Below, piece after piece: positions 56,112 through 64,000 of a DNA stretch of 64,000 nt. Position 1 is the first letter of the stretch, and every line of letters begins with the position of its first letter. Source of the DNA: Candidatus Heimdallarchaeum aukensis (GTDB lineage Archaea > Asgardarchaeota > Heimdallarchaeia > Heimdallarchaeales > Heimdallarchaeaceae); NCBI GenBank assembly GCA_021513695.1, contig CP084166.1:416001-480000 (forward strand), written 5' to 3'. Below the pieces are notes generated by a model. It did no database searches and was not told where the DNA came from. It was given only the letters and a program-made list of their open reading frames with translations. The position numbers and the translations under genes were made by a program.

Positions 56112-57629
56112 ATGAATTTGCTAAAAACTGTAGTAAAAATAACTCCTGTCTCAATATTGCGTAAAGTTCAATCATTTTCACTAAAAAAACCTAGCAGAAT
56201 TAAATTTTTATTCAAAGTTTCTAATGAAGAAGCTTTAGTCGAGATAGGAAAAAAACTGGCTTATAATAATTTCAAAAAAGTATCAAAGAATACACCCGCT
56301 TACAAGAAGTTCTTGGAGAGTAATGGAGTCAATGCAAAGAAAGTTAATAGCTTTGAAAAATTTATTGAAATTGTTCCTACAACAGACAAAAACAACTATA
56401 TTGCTAAATATCCGATGGATGAACTCTGTATCAACGGAGACCTTTCTCCACTAGCAATAATTGACAGAAGCTCAGGATATTCGGGTAAATCCATTTACTT
56501 TCCGATATCCAAAAAAGAAAACCTCTTTGATGAACTAGTAATGGCAAATTGGTTTAAAACACAATTCAATATCTCAACTAAAGATTTACTCATAAATTGT
56601 TTCTTTTTAGGTTCATGGGTAGCAGGAATAAAGATAGGAAACTCAGCTAGAATGATAGGAACTACAATAAATACAGGACCTCGTTTAGATGAAATTGTAG
56701 AAACAATATTCGATCTCGATAGATACTATGAAAGAATAATTATTTTATCCTATCCGCCCTTTGCAATGATGCTTGTTTACAAACTAATAGAAGCAGGATA
56801 TGACTTTGAAGGTAAAAACTTCTTGTTTTTGGTAGGAGGAGAAGGATATAATCTGGAGTTCAAACAAAAATTGCAAGAACTTACAAAAAACAGTAGCGAA
56901 ATTTTTGGAGCTTTTGGTAGTACTGAAACAGGAATAAGAATCGGAAATGAAACAGCTGATACACACATGCTTAAACAAATGGCTGCATCAAACAAGGAAT
57001 TCTGCAAGAAAATGTTTGGAAAAGAATTCCCACCAAATATCTTTCAATATGACCCAACAAATGTTCATTTATTCACAAAGAAATATAAAAACGGAAAAGA
57101 CGCTCTGGTTTTCACTTCAGCATCTAAAAGAGCAGTTCCTGTAATTAAATATAACCTAAAAGATGAAGGAGGAGTACTAACACAAAAAGAAGTAAAGAAA
57201 ATAATAAAAGAAGTATTTAACATGGATTTCAATTTTAAACTACCTTTACCAATCTTTTATGTTTATGGAAGAGTAGATGATACAATATCCATAGCAAGTG
57301 CAATATTCTATCCTCATCAAATAAAATCAGGACTGTTGGAGTTCATGGATAATGTAATAGATTACAGATTGGAATCAAAAACAACAGATACAGGAGTAAT
57401 CTATCCTGCAGTTCATGTAGCGGTAAAAGATAAAAGAAAAGCTTCCAAAAAGAAAATAGAAGAAAGTATTTACAAAACGTTACTAAAATACAGTAGCACC
57501 TACTCAGAATCAATAAAAGAAGGAATTGCAGATAGACCTATAGTTTTCCTATACACAGAAAAAGACTTCCCTTTTGAACTAAACGAAATAACAAAAAATC
57601 AAGTAAAAGAAAAACATTTAGTAAATTAA
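56112..57629 (+). CDS. Adenylate-forming enzyme of the PaaK/F390-synthetase/GH3-like type (tentative)
   Basis: 505 aa. A P-loop-like motif RSSGYSGKSIYFP (compare SSGTTG/SSGTSxG) and a GAFGSTETG motif are present. The size and layout fit ANL-superfamily ligases. Confidence 0.45.
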   Translation: MNLLKTVVKITPVSILRKVQSFSLKKPSRIKFLFKVSNEEALVEIGKKLAYNNFKKVSKNTPAYKKFLESNGVNAKKVNSFEKFIEIVPTTDKNNYIAKYPMDELCINGDLSPLAIIDRSSGYSGKSIYFPISKKENLFDELVMANWFKTQFNISTKDLLINCFFLGSWVAGIKIGNSARMIGTTINTGPRLDEIVETIFDLDRYYERIIILSYPPFAMMLVYKLIEAGYDFEGKNFLFLVGGEGYNLEFKQKLQELTKNSSEIFGAFGSTETGIRIGNETADTHMLKQMAASNKEFCKKMFGKEFPPNIFQYDPTNVHLFTKKYKNGKDALVFTSASKRAVPVIKYNLKDEGGVLTQKEVKKIIKEVFNMDFNFKLPLPIFYVYGRVDDTISIASAIFYPHQIKSGLLEFMDNVIDYRLESKTTDTGVIYPAVHVAVKDKRKASKKKIEESIYKTLLKYSSTYSESIKEGIADRPIVFLYTEKDFPFELNEITKNQVKEKHLVN

Positions 57630-57795
57630 CAAACCCTTTTTTCTTTTTATTGATAAACAACTTTCTACCTTGCGTAAATAGTTTAGTTTATTTATAGAGA
57701 ATTGAAATAAAACAGAACTAAACATCATAAAAAGTTTTATCAAAAAATGAAATCGTGTTTTAAAATTTAAAAATAAAGAAAAAAAGAAATTTTCA

Positions 57796-60700
57796 TTATT
57801 CTTTCTTCTTACCTTCACCTATAATTTCCCAATCACGATATTGGCTAAGTAAACGGTCAATCTCATTATCAATATCAATAGTTTCTTTTCTTACAAAAGA
57901 TTGCTCAAGTTCATAATATTCACCAATATCAGGGTTAGCTTGTAGGATATCTTTGAGATACTCTTCAACAACAGATTTAGAAAGACCGCTAAGTTCAGAA
58001 ATTCGTTGCAAAGTAACAGAAATATTAGGTTTGAATTGGTTAAGCAAGTTAATGAGAGTTTTATAATCTTCTTCTCTCTTCAATGCTTTCATGTACTCAG
58101 ATTTAGTTTTATAGCCTTGAGCAGAGATTTCTTCCCACTCAGACTTAGTTTTAAAACCTAACTTCATTGCTGTATACATTTCTTTGATAGAAGAAAAACC
58201 AAAAGAAGAAGCTCTTTTACGAAGATAAAGTCTAATTCCTATAAAAGTCAAAAAAGCAACAGCACCAGTAACAATGACAGCACCTGTAACTATTGAAATA
58301 ATTGTGAGTATTCTTTTAACTTTCAATTTGTGTTCTAAATTCGATTTAGGATTGAGAGGATCAAAACCGTTTTCTATTTCTTTACCATCATTTTCTCCAT
58401 CTCCATCAGTGTCAGAATTGTTAGGGTCTGTTCTATAAATCTTTACTTCTTCATAATCAGTTAATCCATCACTATCAGAATCACTACTTGTGGGGTTAGT
58501 AAAATATTCTTTAATCTCTTCATAATCAGTTAATCCATCATTATCTGTATCAGTACTATTAGCAAACGTACCAACATTAAATTCTTCAAGATTGGTTAAA
58601 CCATCACCGTCTAAATCAGAGTTGGAATCATCTGTTAATGGGTCTAATCCAGAATGAACTTCATAACCATCAGGCATACCATCTTCGTCAGTGTCAGAGT
58701 TGTTAGCGAAAGTGCCAAGAGTATATTCCTCAAAATTAGATAAATTATCGTTATCGAAATCAGAATTACTATCATTAACAATTGCGTTTGTACCTGTTTG
58801 AACTTCCCACAAATCATCCATCAAGTCACCATCAGTATCAGTACTATTAGCAAACGTACCAACATTAAATTCTTCAAGATTGGTTAAACCATCACCGTCT
58901 AAATCAGAGTTGGAATCATCTGTTAATGGGTCTAATCCAGAATGAACTTCATAACCATCAGGCATACCATCTTCGTCAGTGTCAGAGTTGTTAGCGAAAG
59001 TGCCAAGAGTATATTCCTCAAAATTAGATAAATTATCGTTATCGAAATCAGAATTACTATCATTAACAATTGCGTTTGTACCTGTTTGAACTTCCCACAA
59101 ATCATCCATCAAGTCACCATCAGTATCAGTACTATTAGCAAACGTACCAACATTAAATTCTTCAAGATTGGTTAAACCATCACCGTCTAAATCAGAGTTG
59201 GAATCATCTGTTAATGGGTCTAATCCAGAATGAACTTCATAACCATCAGGCATACCATCTTCGTCAGTGTCAGAAACCAAAGGATCAGTACCGTAAGTGT
59301 TAACCTCTTCTCCATCAGTTAAACCATCACTGTCAGTGTTAGAAGTAGTAGGATCAGTTGAATAAACATTGATTTCACTAAAATCATCTAATCCATCACT
59401 ATCAGTATCAGAAGTAGTAGGATCAGTTGAATAATTTACTACTTCATCAAAATCATCCAATCCATCACTGTCAGTATCAACCTTACTCATATCTGTCCCT
59501 AAAATCTCCTCCTCATGGTCAAACAATCCATCATTATCAGTATCTAAATATTCCCCTGTCCTTTGATTGTTAACCGAATCAGTATAGAGTGGAGCATATC
59601 CAAGGCCAATAGAATTCCAAATAGATACTCCCATGTTGGAAACATCACCGTACCCGGCAAGTATTTCTAAGGAAGAATCGTTATCGACATCAGCAACAGC
59701 TAAAGACCAAAAAGTACCACTTGTCGTTTTTGGCCAACCAGGAACAACAGTACCATCACTATTCCAAATAACCACTCCACCACCAAAGTCAATACGATAC
59801 CCGGCAATTATCTCAAGTGCTGAATCGTTATCGACATCTGCAATAGTTAAAGAATGAACTTCACCACTTGTTTCACTTGTTGTTTGTGGCCAACCAGGAA
59901 CAACAGTACCATCACTATTCCAAATAATTACGCCACCACTGTAGTATTCACCGTACCCAGCAATTATTTCTAATGTTGAATCATCATCAACATCTGCAAC
60001 AGCTAAAGAATAAACATAACCACTTGTTGTTTTTGGCCAACCAGCAACAACACTACCATCACTATTCCAAATAACTACTCCACCACCATATCCTGCAATT
60101 ATTTCTAATGTTAAATCATCATCAACATCTGCAACAGCTAAAGAACGAACATCATCACTTGTTTTTGGCCAACCAGGAACAACAGTACCATCACTATTCC
60201 AAATAATTACTCCACCACCATATCCTGCAATTATTTCTAATGTTGAATCATCATCAACATCTGCAACAGCTAAAGAATAAACATAACCACTTGTTGTTTT
60301 TGGCCAACCAGCAACAACACTACCATCACTATTCCAAATAACTACTCCACCATAACCAGCATCACGATATCCTGCAATTATTTCTAGTTCTGAATCACCA
60401 TCAACATCAGCAAGAGCTAAAGAATAAACATAACCACTTGTTGTTTTTGGCCAACCAGCAACAACACTACCATCACTATTCCAAATAACTACTCCACCAT
60501 CATCAACATATCCTCCTCCTGCGACTATCTCGAGTTTTAAATCACCATCAACATCAGCAAGAGCTAAAGAATAAACATCTCCGCTTGTAGTTTTAGGCCA
60601 ACCAGGAATAACAGTACCATCACTATTCCAAATAACTACTCCACCATAATACCCTGCAAGTATTTCTAGTTCTGAATCACCGTCCACATCTCCAACAGCT

Positions 60701-62244
60701 AAAGAATAAACATAACCGCTTGTAGTTTTTGACCAAGAAAATAAAGTTGAATAATAATTAATAAAAGAGTTATAGCGACTGTTACTTGTATTATAGTTAG
60801 TTGTTTTCCAATCAAAAACATTATCACAGCTAATTTGAGCAGCTAAAATATAACCATAATAATCTGAATAGTATAAATATTTGCCTTGAATAGTAATTAT
60901 TCTGTTTAAATATAAATAACCTGATAATATTGCTTCATTCGTGGATGAAGAATAAAAATGCTTTGCATAAACATTTGAAGAGGAACAATATAGTAATTCC
61001 CAATTATAATCATTGTCCACATCGGTAAGTATAGGTTCTTCTTGAATATTTAGACCTAAGGAACTACTATACTCATTTAATATCTCTCCGGTGAAAGAAA
61101 AACTTTTTTGTTCTCCGTTTGTTGATAGAGTAACTATTTCATACTCTCTATCCCAATTAATATCAACAATTATAGGACCTAACCACTCTGAATCACCTGA
61201 AGAAGTAAGCCAAGAATGAATAGTAGTACCATTATTTGATAAAAGATAAAGATTTCTTCCTGCAGGGCAAACAATGTCTATTTTACTGTCTTTGTTGATG
61301 TCTGCAACTGCAAGAGGATGAGTAATAGGCTCTGTTAAATCTTTAGGAAAATTTGAGATGATGTCTCCATTTCCTTTCCACGCGTAAACTTTTCCATCGG
61401 TACTACCTACAATAACATCTTTGGAACCATCATTGTCTACATCAGCTAAAACTGGTGCAACTATTACTTCTCCTCCTGTTGTTTTAGGCCAACCAGCTAA
61501 AAGATTTCCACTTCCATCAAATGCATAAACTTTTGAACTGTTAGATCCAACCACTATCTCATTTTTATCGTCTCCATTAATATCTCCAACTGCTAATGTT
61601 TCTTCTACTGGTCCCTCACAATTGACTGGCCAACCTGGTATACTAGTACCATCACCGTAAAATGCGTAAACCGAACCATTAGCTGCTCCTATAATTATTT
61701 CTTCAGTTGCACTATTTCCATCTATATTAGCTAACATTGGTGTAGATATTAAAGCAACACCTATGTTTTTTCCATCTATCCAATTTGAAGATTCTGTACC
61801 ATCTATCTCGTAAACTCTTATTATGCCATTTAACGTTCCTACAACAATTTCATAATTTCCATCTCCGTCTATATCCCCTGCTCCAGGTCCTCCTTTTAAC
61901 TCTCCCCCTACATATATTGGCCAACTACCAAAAGAATTGAGAGATTGAGAGATTTTTTTACCTGAAAAATTGTTATCTAAAAGTTCAGAACGGGAAGAAG
62001 TTGTTTTGATCTCTATGTCGTTGTTCGCTTCTTCAACTCTTTGTAAATCTGTGTGATAATCATTATTTTGACTTACATTATTTTGACTTACATTACTTTG
62101 TTGTGAATCTAAAATGATATTATTAAAATCTTTCATCACTAGAGAATTTGTAGTCATTGAACTTGTAATTATAATTAGTAATGCTACTACCATTCCTGAA
62201 TATTTTGATTTCCCTCTAAAACTTTTTTTTATTCGTTTCATCAT
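57796..62244 (-). CDS. Giant integrin-like surface protein: two FG-GAP/VCBS beta-propeller arrays, TSP3-like Ca-binding repeats, TM, about 150-aa cytoplasmic tail
   Basis: 1482 aa with a signal/anchor MVVALLIIITSSMTT. Divergent FG-GAP repeats are present (GDIDGDGNYEIVVGT, GDINGDDKNEIVVGS, ADVDNDGSKDVIVGS). At least 8 near-identical blades follow (GGVVIWNSDGSVVAGWPKTTSGYVYSLAVADVDDDSTLEIIAGYG). TSP3 repeats follow (DTDSDGLDDFDE, DTDEDGMPDGYEV). The TM is ILTIISIVTGAVIVTGAVAFLTFIGI. The tail has GFKTKSEWEE / GYKTKSEYMK and an HTH-like ISVTLQRISELSGLSKSVVEEYLKDIL. Confidence 0.8.
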   Translation of the reverse strand: MMKRIKKSFRGKSKYSGMVVALLIIITSSMTTNSLVMKDFNNIILDSQQSNVSQNNVSQNNDYHTDLQRVEEANNDIEIKTTSSRSELLDNNFSGKKISQSLNSFGSWPIYVGGELKGGPGAGDIDGDGNYEIVVGTLNGIIRVYEIDGTESSNWIDGKNIGVALISTPMLANIDGNSATEEIIIGAANGSVYAFYGDGTSIPGWPVNCEGPVEETLAVGDINGDDKNEIVVGSNSSKVYAFDGSGNLLAGWPKTTGGEVIVAPVLADVDNDGSKDVIVGSTDGKVYAWKGNGDIISNFPKDLTEPITHPLAVADINKDSKIDIVCPAGRNLYLLSNNGTTIHSWLTSSGDSEWLGPIIVDINWDREYEIVTLSTNGEQKSFSFTGEILNEYSSSLGLNIQEEPILTDVDNDYNWELLYCSSSNVYAKHFYSSSTNEAILSGYLYLNRIITIQGKYLYYSDYYGYILAAQISCDNVFDWKTTNYNTSNSRYNSFINYYSTLFSWSKTTSGYVYSLAVGDVDGDSELEILAGYYGGVVIWNSDGTVIPGWPKTTSGDVYSLALADVDGDLKLEIVAGGGYVDDGGVVIWNSDGSVVAGWPKTTSGYVYSLALADVDGDSELEIIAGYRDAGYGGVVIWNSDGSVVAGWPKTTSGYVYSLAVADVDDDSTLEIIAGYGGGVIIWNSDGTVVPGWPKTSDDVRSLAVADVDDDLTLEIIAGYGGGVVIWNSDGSVVAGWPKTTSGYVYSLAVADVDDDSTLEIIAGYGEYYSGGVIIWNSDGTVVPGWPQTTSETSGEVHSLTIADVDNDSALEIIAGYRIDFGGGVVIWNSDGTVVPGWPKTTSGTFWSLAVADVDNDSSLEILAGYGDVSNMGVSIWNSIGLGYAPLYTDSVNNQRTGEYLDTDNDGLFDHEEEILGTDMSKVDTDSDGLDDFDEVVNYSTDPTTSDTDSDGLDDFSEINVYSTDPTTSNTDSDGLTDGEEVNTYGTDPLVSDTDEDGMPDGYEVHSGLDPLTDDSNSDLDGDGLTNLEEFNVGTFANSTDTDGDLMDDLWEVQTGTNAIVNDSNSDFDNDNLSNFEEYTLGTFANNSDTDEDGMPDGYEVHSGLDPLTDDSNSDLDGDGLTNLEEFNVGTFANSTDTDGDLMDDLWEVQTGTNAIVNDSNSDFDNDNLSNFEEYTLGTFANNSDTDEDGMPDGYEVHSGLDPLTDDSNSDLDGDGLTNLEEFNVGTFANSTDTDNDGLTDYEEIKEYFTNPTSSDSDSDGLTDYEEVKIYRTDPNNSDTDGDGENDGKEIENGFDPLNPKSNLEHKLKVKRILTIISIVTGAVIVTGAVAFLTFIGIRLYLRKRASSFGFSSIKEMYTAMKLGFKTKSEWEEISAQGYKTKSEYMKALKREEDYKTLINLLNQFKPNISVTLQRISELSGLSKSVVEEYLKDILQANPDIGEYYELEQSFVRKETIDIDNEIDRLLSQYRDWEIIGEGKKKE
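58547..59275 (-). repeat. 2.5 copies of an apparently identical 288-bp tandem repeat inside the giant surface protein gene
   Basis: ggtctaatccagaatgaact recurs at 58641, 58929 and 59217, with offsets of exactly 288 nt. Reading the three copies side by side, I found no mismatch until divergence at about 59276. Each unit encodes 96 aa (DEDGMPDGYEVHSGLDPLTDDSNSDLDGDGLTNLEEFNVGTFANSTDTDGDLMDDLWEVQTGTNAIVNDSNSDFDNDNLSNFEEYTLGTFANNSDT). Confidence 0.85.
59640..60720 (-). repeat. Imperfect tandem coding repeats, unit about 132-156 nt, encoding beta-propeller blades
   Basis: ggccaaccagcaacaacactaccatcactattccaaataactac recurs at 60035, 60302 and 60449. Variants with ccaggaacaacagtacc lie in between. 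At least 8 units are visible at protein level. Confidence 0.6.
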
Positions 62245-62491
62245 TTTTTTGAATTACTTATATTTTATAAAATTTTTTTTAATAATAATTCTCTAAGAAC
62301 ACGTTTAAATTTTAAAAAAATGTCACTTCGCTACTTCTCACAAGTCTGTTTCAATTTACCATATCTATATTATAGACACTTTTTTAGGAAATTTATGACG
62401 GGAATGCAAATAATTACGTATTGGTTATTCAAATGCTTCTATTTTCAATCATATCCGATATCTTTAAATTTTAAAATTCTTTTTTGCAAAT

Positions 62492-63616
62492 ATGATTTCT
62501 TATTACTCTATAGGTTTATTCTTATTTGAGCAACTTACTTTTATTACTAGCAGCATTATTTTGTTTAGAACTTACAAGCAGACTCGCTTTCTTTCTCACT
62601 TCCTTTTGGGTACTAGCTATCTTTTGTGGGTTTTCAATTCTATAGGAAGATTCATTACTTCTTTTTTCAGTGAAAATGTAATAATCTTCGACAATACTCG
62701 ACTTATTTCACTTATTTGGATCATTGTTAACTGTTTGTTAATTCTTGGAATGATTTTCGTTTTCTATTCTTTTATTTATTTCAAGACTAACAGATTACAT
62801 CCTATAATAAACATAGTTAGTTTTTTAGGAGGAGCATTATTTCTTGCATTTATAATACCTGATTTCACTGAATTGACTTACTCTGAACAACTTGGAGCTT
62901 GGTCTGCGAAATATAGTATTTGGATATCTGTTCTTGTTATTCCAATGCTTTTATTCTTCATTTTTTCTTTTATTCTTCCCATTTCTACAAAAATTGTTAG
63001 AACTACTGACAAAGATATTCGTAAGCAACTATTTGTGCAGATAGTCGGACTTATTATCGTAATTATCTGGGCATTTTTCGCTGGTTTTACTAGCAATGCT
63101 GTTCTTCGAGCTGTTCGTCCTTTCCTTATGGCAACAGGCTGGTTTATCTGGTCTTTAACTTTGATAATGGATCCTTTCAACATAATGATTTCTAACGCTA
63201 AAATTAGTCAATTATTGATTACAACTACTAGCGGTTTACCAATCTATTATGATGACTTCACTTTTGATGAAAAAGAAGTAAAAAGTGAGATTTCTGCAGA
63301 TCTAGCTTCAGGTTTAATTTCAGGAGTTACCCAAGCTCTAGAGCAAATAATGGAAAGAAAATCGGAATTAAACACTGTAGTATATAAAGACAAAGTTATA
63401 GGTACTACTGCAGTAGGCTATCTTCAAGCATATATTTTTGGAGAAAGATTTGATAAAACTTTAGAAACTGTATTAAATGTTCTTCTAAGAGAAATACAAG
63501 ATAATCCAGCTCTTGCTTTAAAAATCACTCCCAACTTTGTAGATCTAGATGGGGCTTCAGGAAAAATCTTGAAACTCATAGTTGAAAAAAATCTAAAGAG
63601 AATATTAGTAATTTAA
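62492..63616 (+). CDS. Polytopic membrane protein (about 7 TM) with a C-terminal soluble domain of unknown function
   Basis: 374 aa with seven hydrophobic segments. These are followed by about 130 aa of soluble sequence (ITTTSGLPIYYDDFTF...DLASGLISGVTQALEQIM...AVGYLQAYIFGERF). Confidence 0.5.
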   Translation: MISYYSIGLFLFEQLTFITSSIILFRTYKQTRFLSHFLLGTSYLLWVFNSIGRFITSFFSENVIIFDNTRLISLIWIIVNCLLILGMIFVFYSFIYFKTNRLHPIINIVSFLGGALFLAFIIPDFTELTYSEQLGAWSAKYSIWISVLVIPMLLFFIFSFILPISTKIVRTTDKDIRKQLFVQIVGLIIVIIWAFFAGFTSNAVLRAVRPFLMATGWFIWSLTLIMDPFNIMISNAKISQLLITTTSGLPIYYDDFTFDEKEVKSEISADLASGLISGVTQALEQIMERKSELNTVVYKDKVIGTTAVGYLQAYIFGERFDKTLETVLNVLLREIQDNPALALKITPNFVDLDGASGKILKLIVEKNLKRILVI

Positions 63617-63775
63617 TTAATTTGCATTCTTTTCTTCCTTTTTCTTTCTTATGTTCTATATTTAGCTTTTATTATACTAGGTAAATATACGAAACTATCA
63701 TATCTTTTAATATAAGTTCAAAATAGTTGATTAATAGGAAATAAACTTTTAAATAACCAATTTTAGAAATAAATA

Positions 63776-64000
63776 TGATTGCACCAACTATTGATTCTTT
63801 ATGGTCTGCAGCTTTGGGATATTTTTTTGGTTCAATACCCTTATCTTTTATAATCGTCAAAGTTTTTCTTGACGGGTTAGATATTCGAACAGTTGGATCA
63901 AAAAATGTCGGTGGAAGAAATGTTATTAGATCTTTCAAGTATAAAGGAAAGTCAAATAATGTTGCTTATACTATGGGGTTAATTGTAGCTATCTTTGATA
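63776..64000 (+). CDS. PlsY-like (glycerol-3-phosphate acyltransferase family) membrane protein, 5' part, truncated by the window end
   Basis: This ORF is not in the supplied track because it runs off the window. My hand translation from the ATG at 63776 is [58 protein letters not shown].... It matches the PlsY N-terminal pattern GYLLGSIPfgxlixkxxxGxDIRxxGSGNxGATNVxR. Confidence 0.6.

Noticed and set aside
58547-59275. Possible CRISPR array or satellite suggested by perfect tandem repeats (also considered for 47588..48307)
   Set aside because: The units are 288 and 144 nt with no unique spacers. They are in frame within long ORFs and encode recognisable Ca-binding modules. These are coding tandem repeats, not CRISPR.
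57618-62529. Small ORFs flanking the giant surface protein gene (57618..57818, 62114..62296, 62320..62529) and 36494..36697
   Set aside because: These are short Phe/Ile/Leu/Lys-rich peptides in AT-rich intergenic or overlapping positions. They have no motifs and are likely spurious.
63672-63938. 88-aa minus-strand ORF from the track
   Set aside because: The opposite strand encodes a clear PlsY-like N-terminus, so the minus-strand ORF is a shadow.
1-64000. Search for tRNA, rRNA or other structured RNA genes via GC-rich islands in intergenic regions
   Set aside because: I saw no locally GC-rich, cloverleaf-compatible or rRNA-like segment in any intergenic region. This is a by-eye scan only, so tRNAscan-SE and Infernal should be run to confirm.

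Overview
The window is AT-rich, roughly 30% GC by eye (not computed). It looks like archaeal chromosome: TTTAAA/TTTATT-type promoter boxes, oligo-T terminators, many TTG/GTG starts, a two-subunit 2-oxoacid:ferredoxin oxidoreductase and a fused CoaBC. The gene content resembles Asgard (Loki-like) archaea, but that assignment is inference. I support about 45 genes and found no rRNA, tRNA or CRISPR array.

Housekeeping and ordinary genes:
- CopB-type copper ATPase
- CheY-like receiver and a PAS histidine kinase
- ABC-2 exporter pair
- korAB-type oxidoreductase
- coaBC
- aminotransferase and an adenylate-forming ligase
- CPBP protease
- two orphan beta-class DNA methyltransferases
- a partial PlsY-like gene at the right edge

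The main finding is a tight four-gene operon at 30830-33661. It encodes a UBA5-like E1, a JAMM/MPN peptidase, an 87-aa UFM1-like protein ending in ...RGVVG, and a UFC1-like E2. Directly downstream is a tandem winged-helix protein resembling EAP30 (Vps22/36, ESCRT-II) or DDRGK, followed by an SPFH-like protein. This would be a UFM1-type conjugation cascade in operon form, paired with a metalloprotease rather than a UfSP cysteine protease.

Other notable items:
- a 1929-aa head-to-tail fusion of two complete UvrA units (four ABC ATPase modules)
- five large surface proteins with thrombospondin type-3-like calcium-binding repeats. One is a 1482-aa integrin-like FG-GAP protein containing 2.5 identical 288-bp repeats, and two are tandem paralogs
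- a surface-protein gene split by a single in-frame TAA
- a 108-bp MITE-like element present twice in inverted orientation about 10 kb apart
- two divergent paralogs of an unknown Cys-rich family bracketing a four-gene block

All family assignments come from motifs read by eye and remembered reference sequences. None was verified by a database search.
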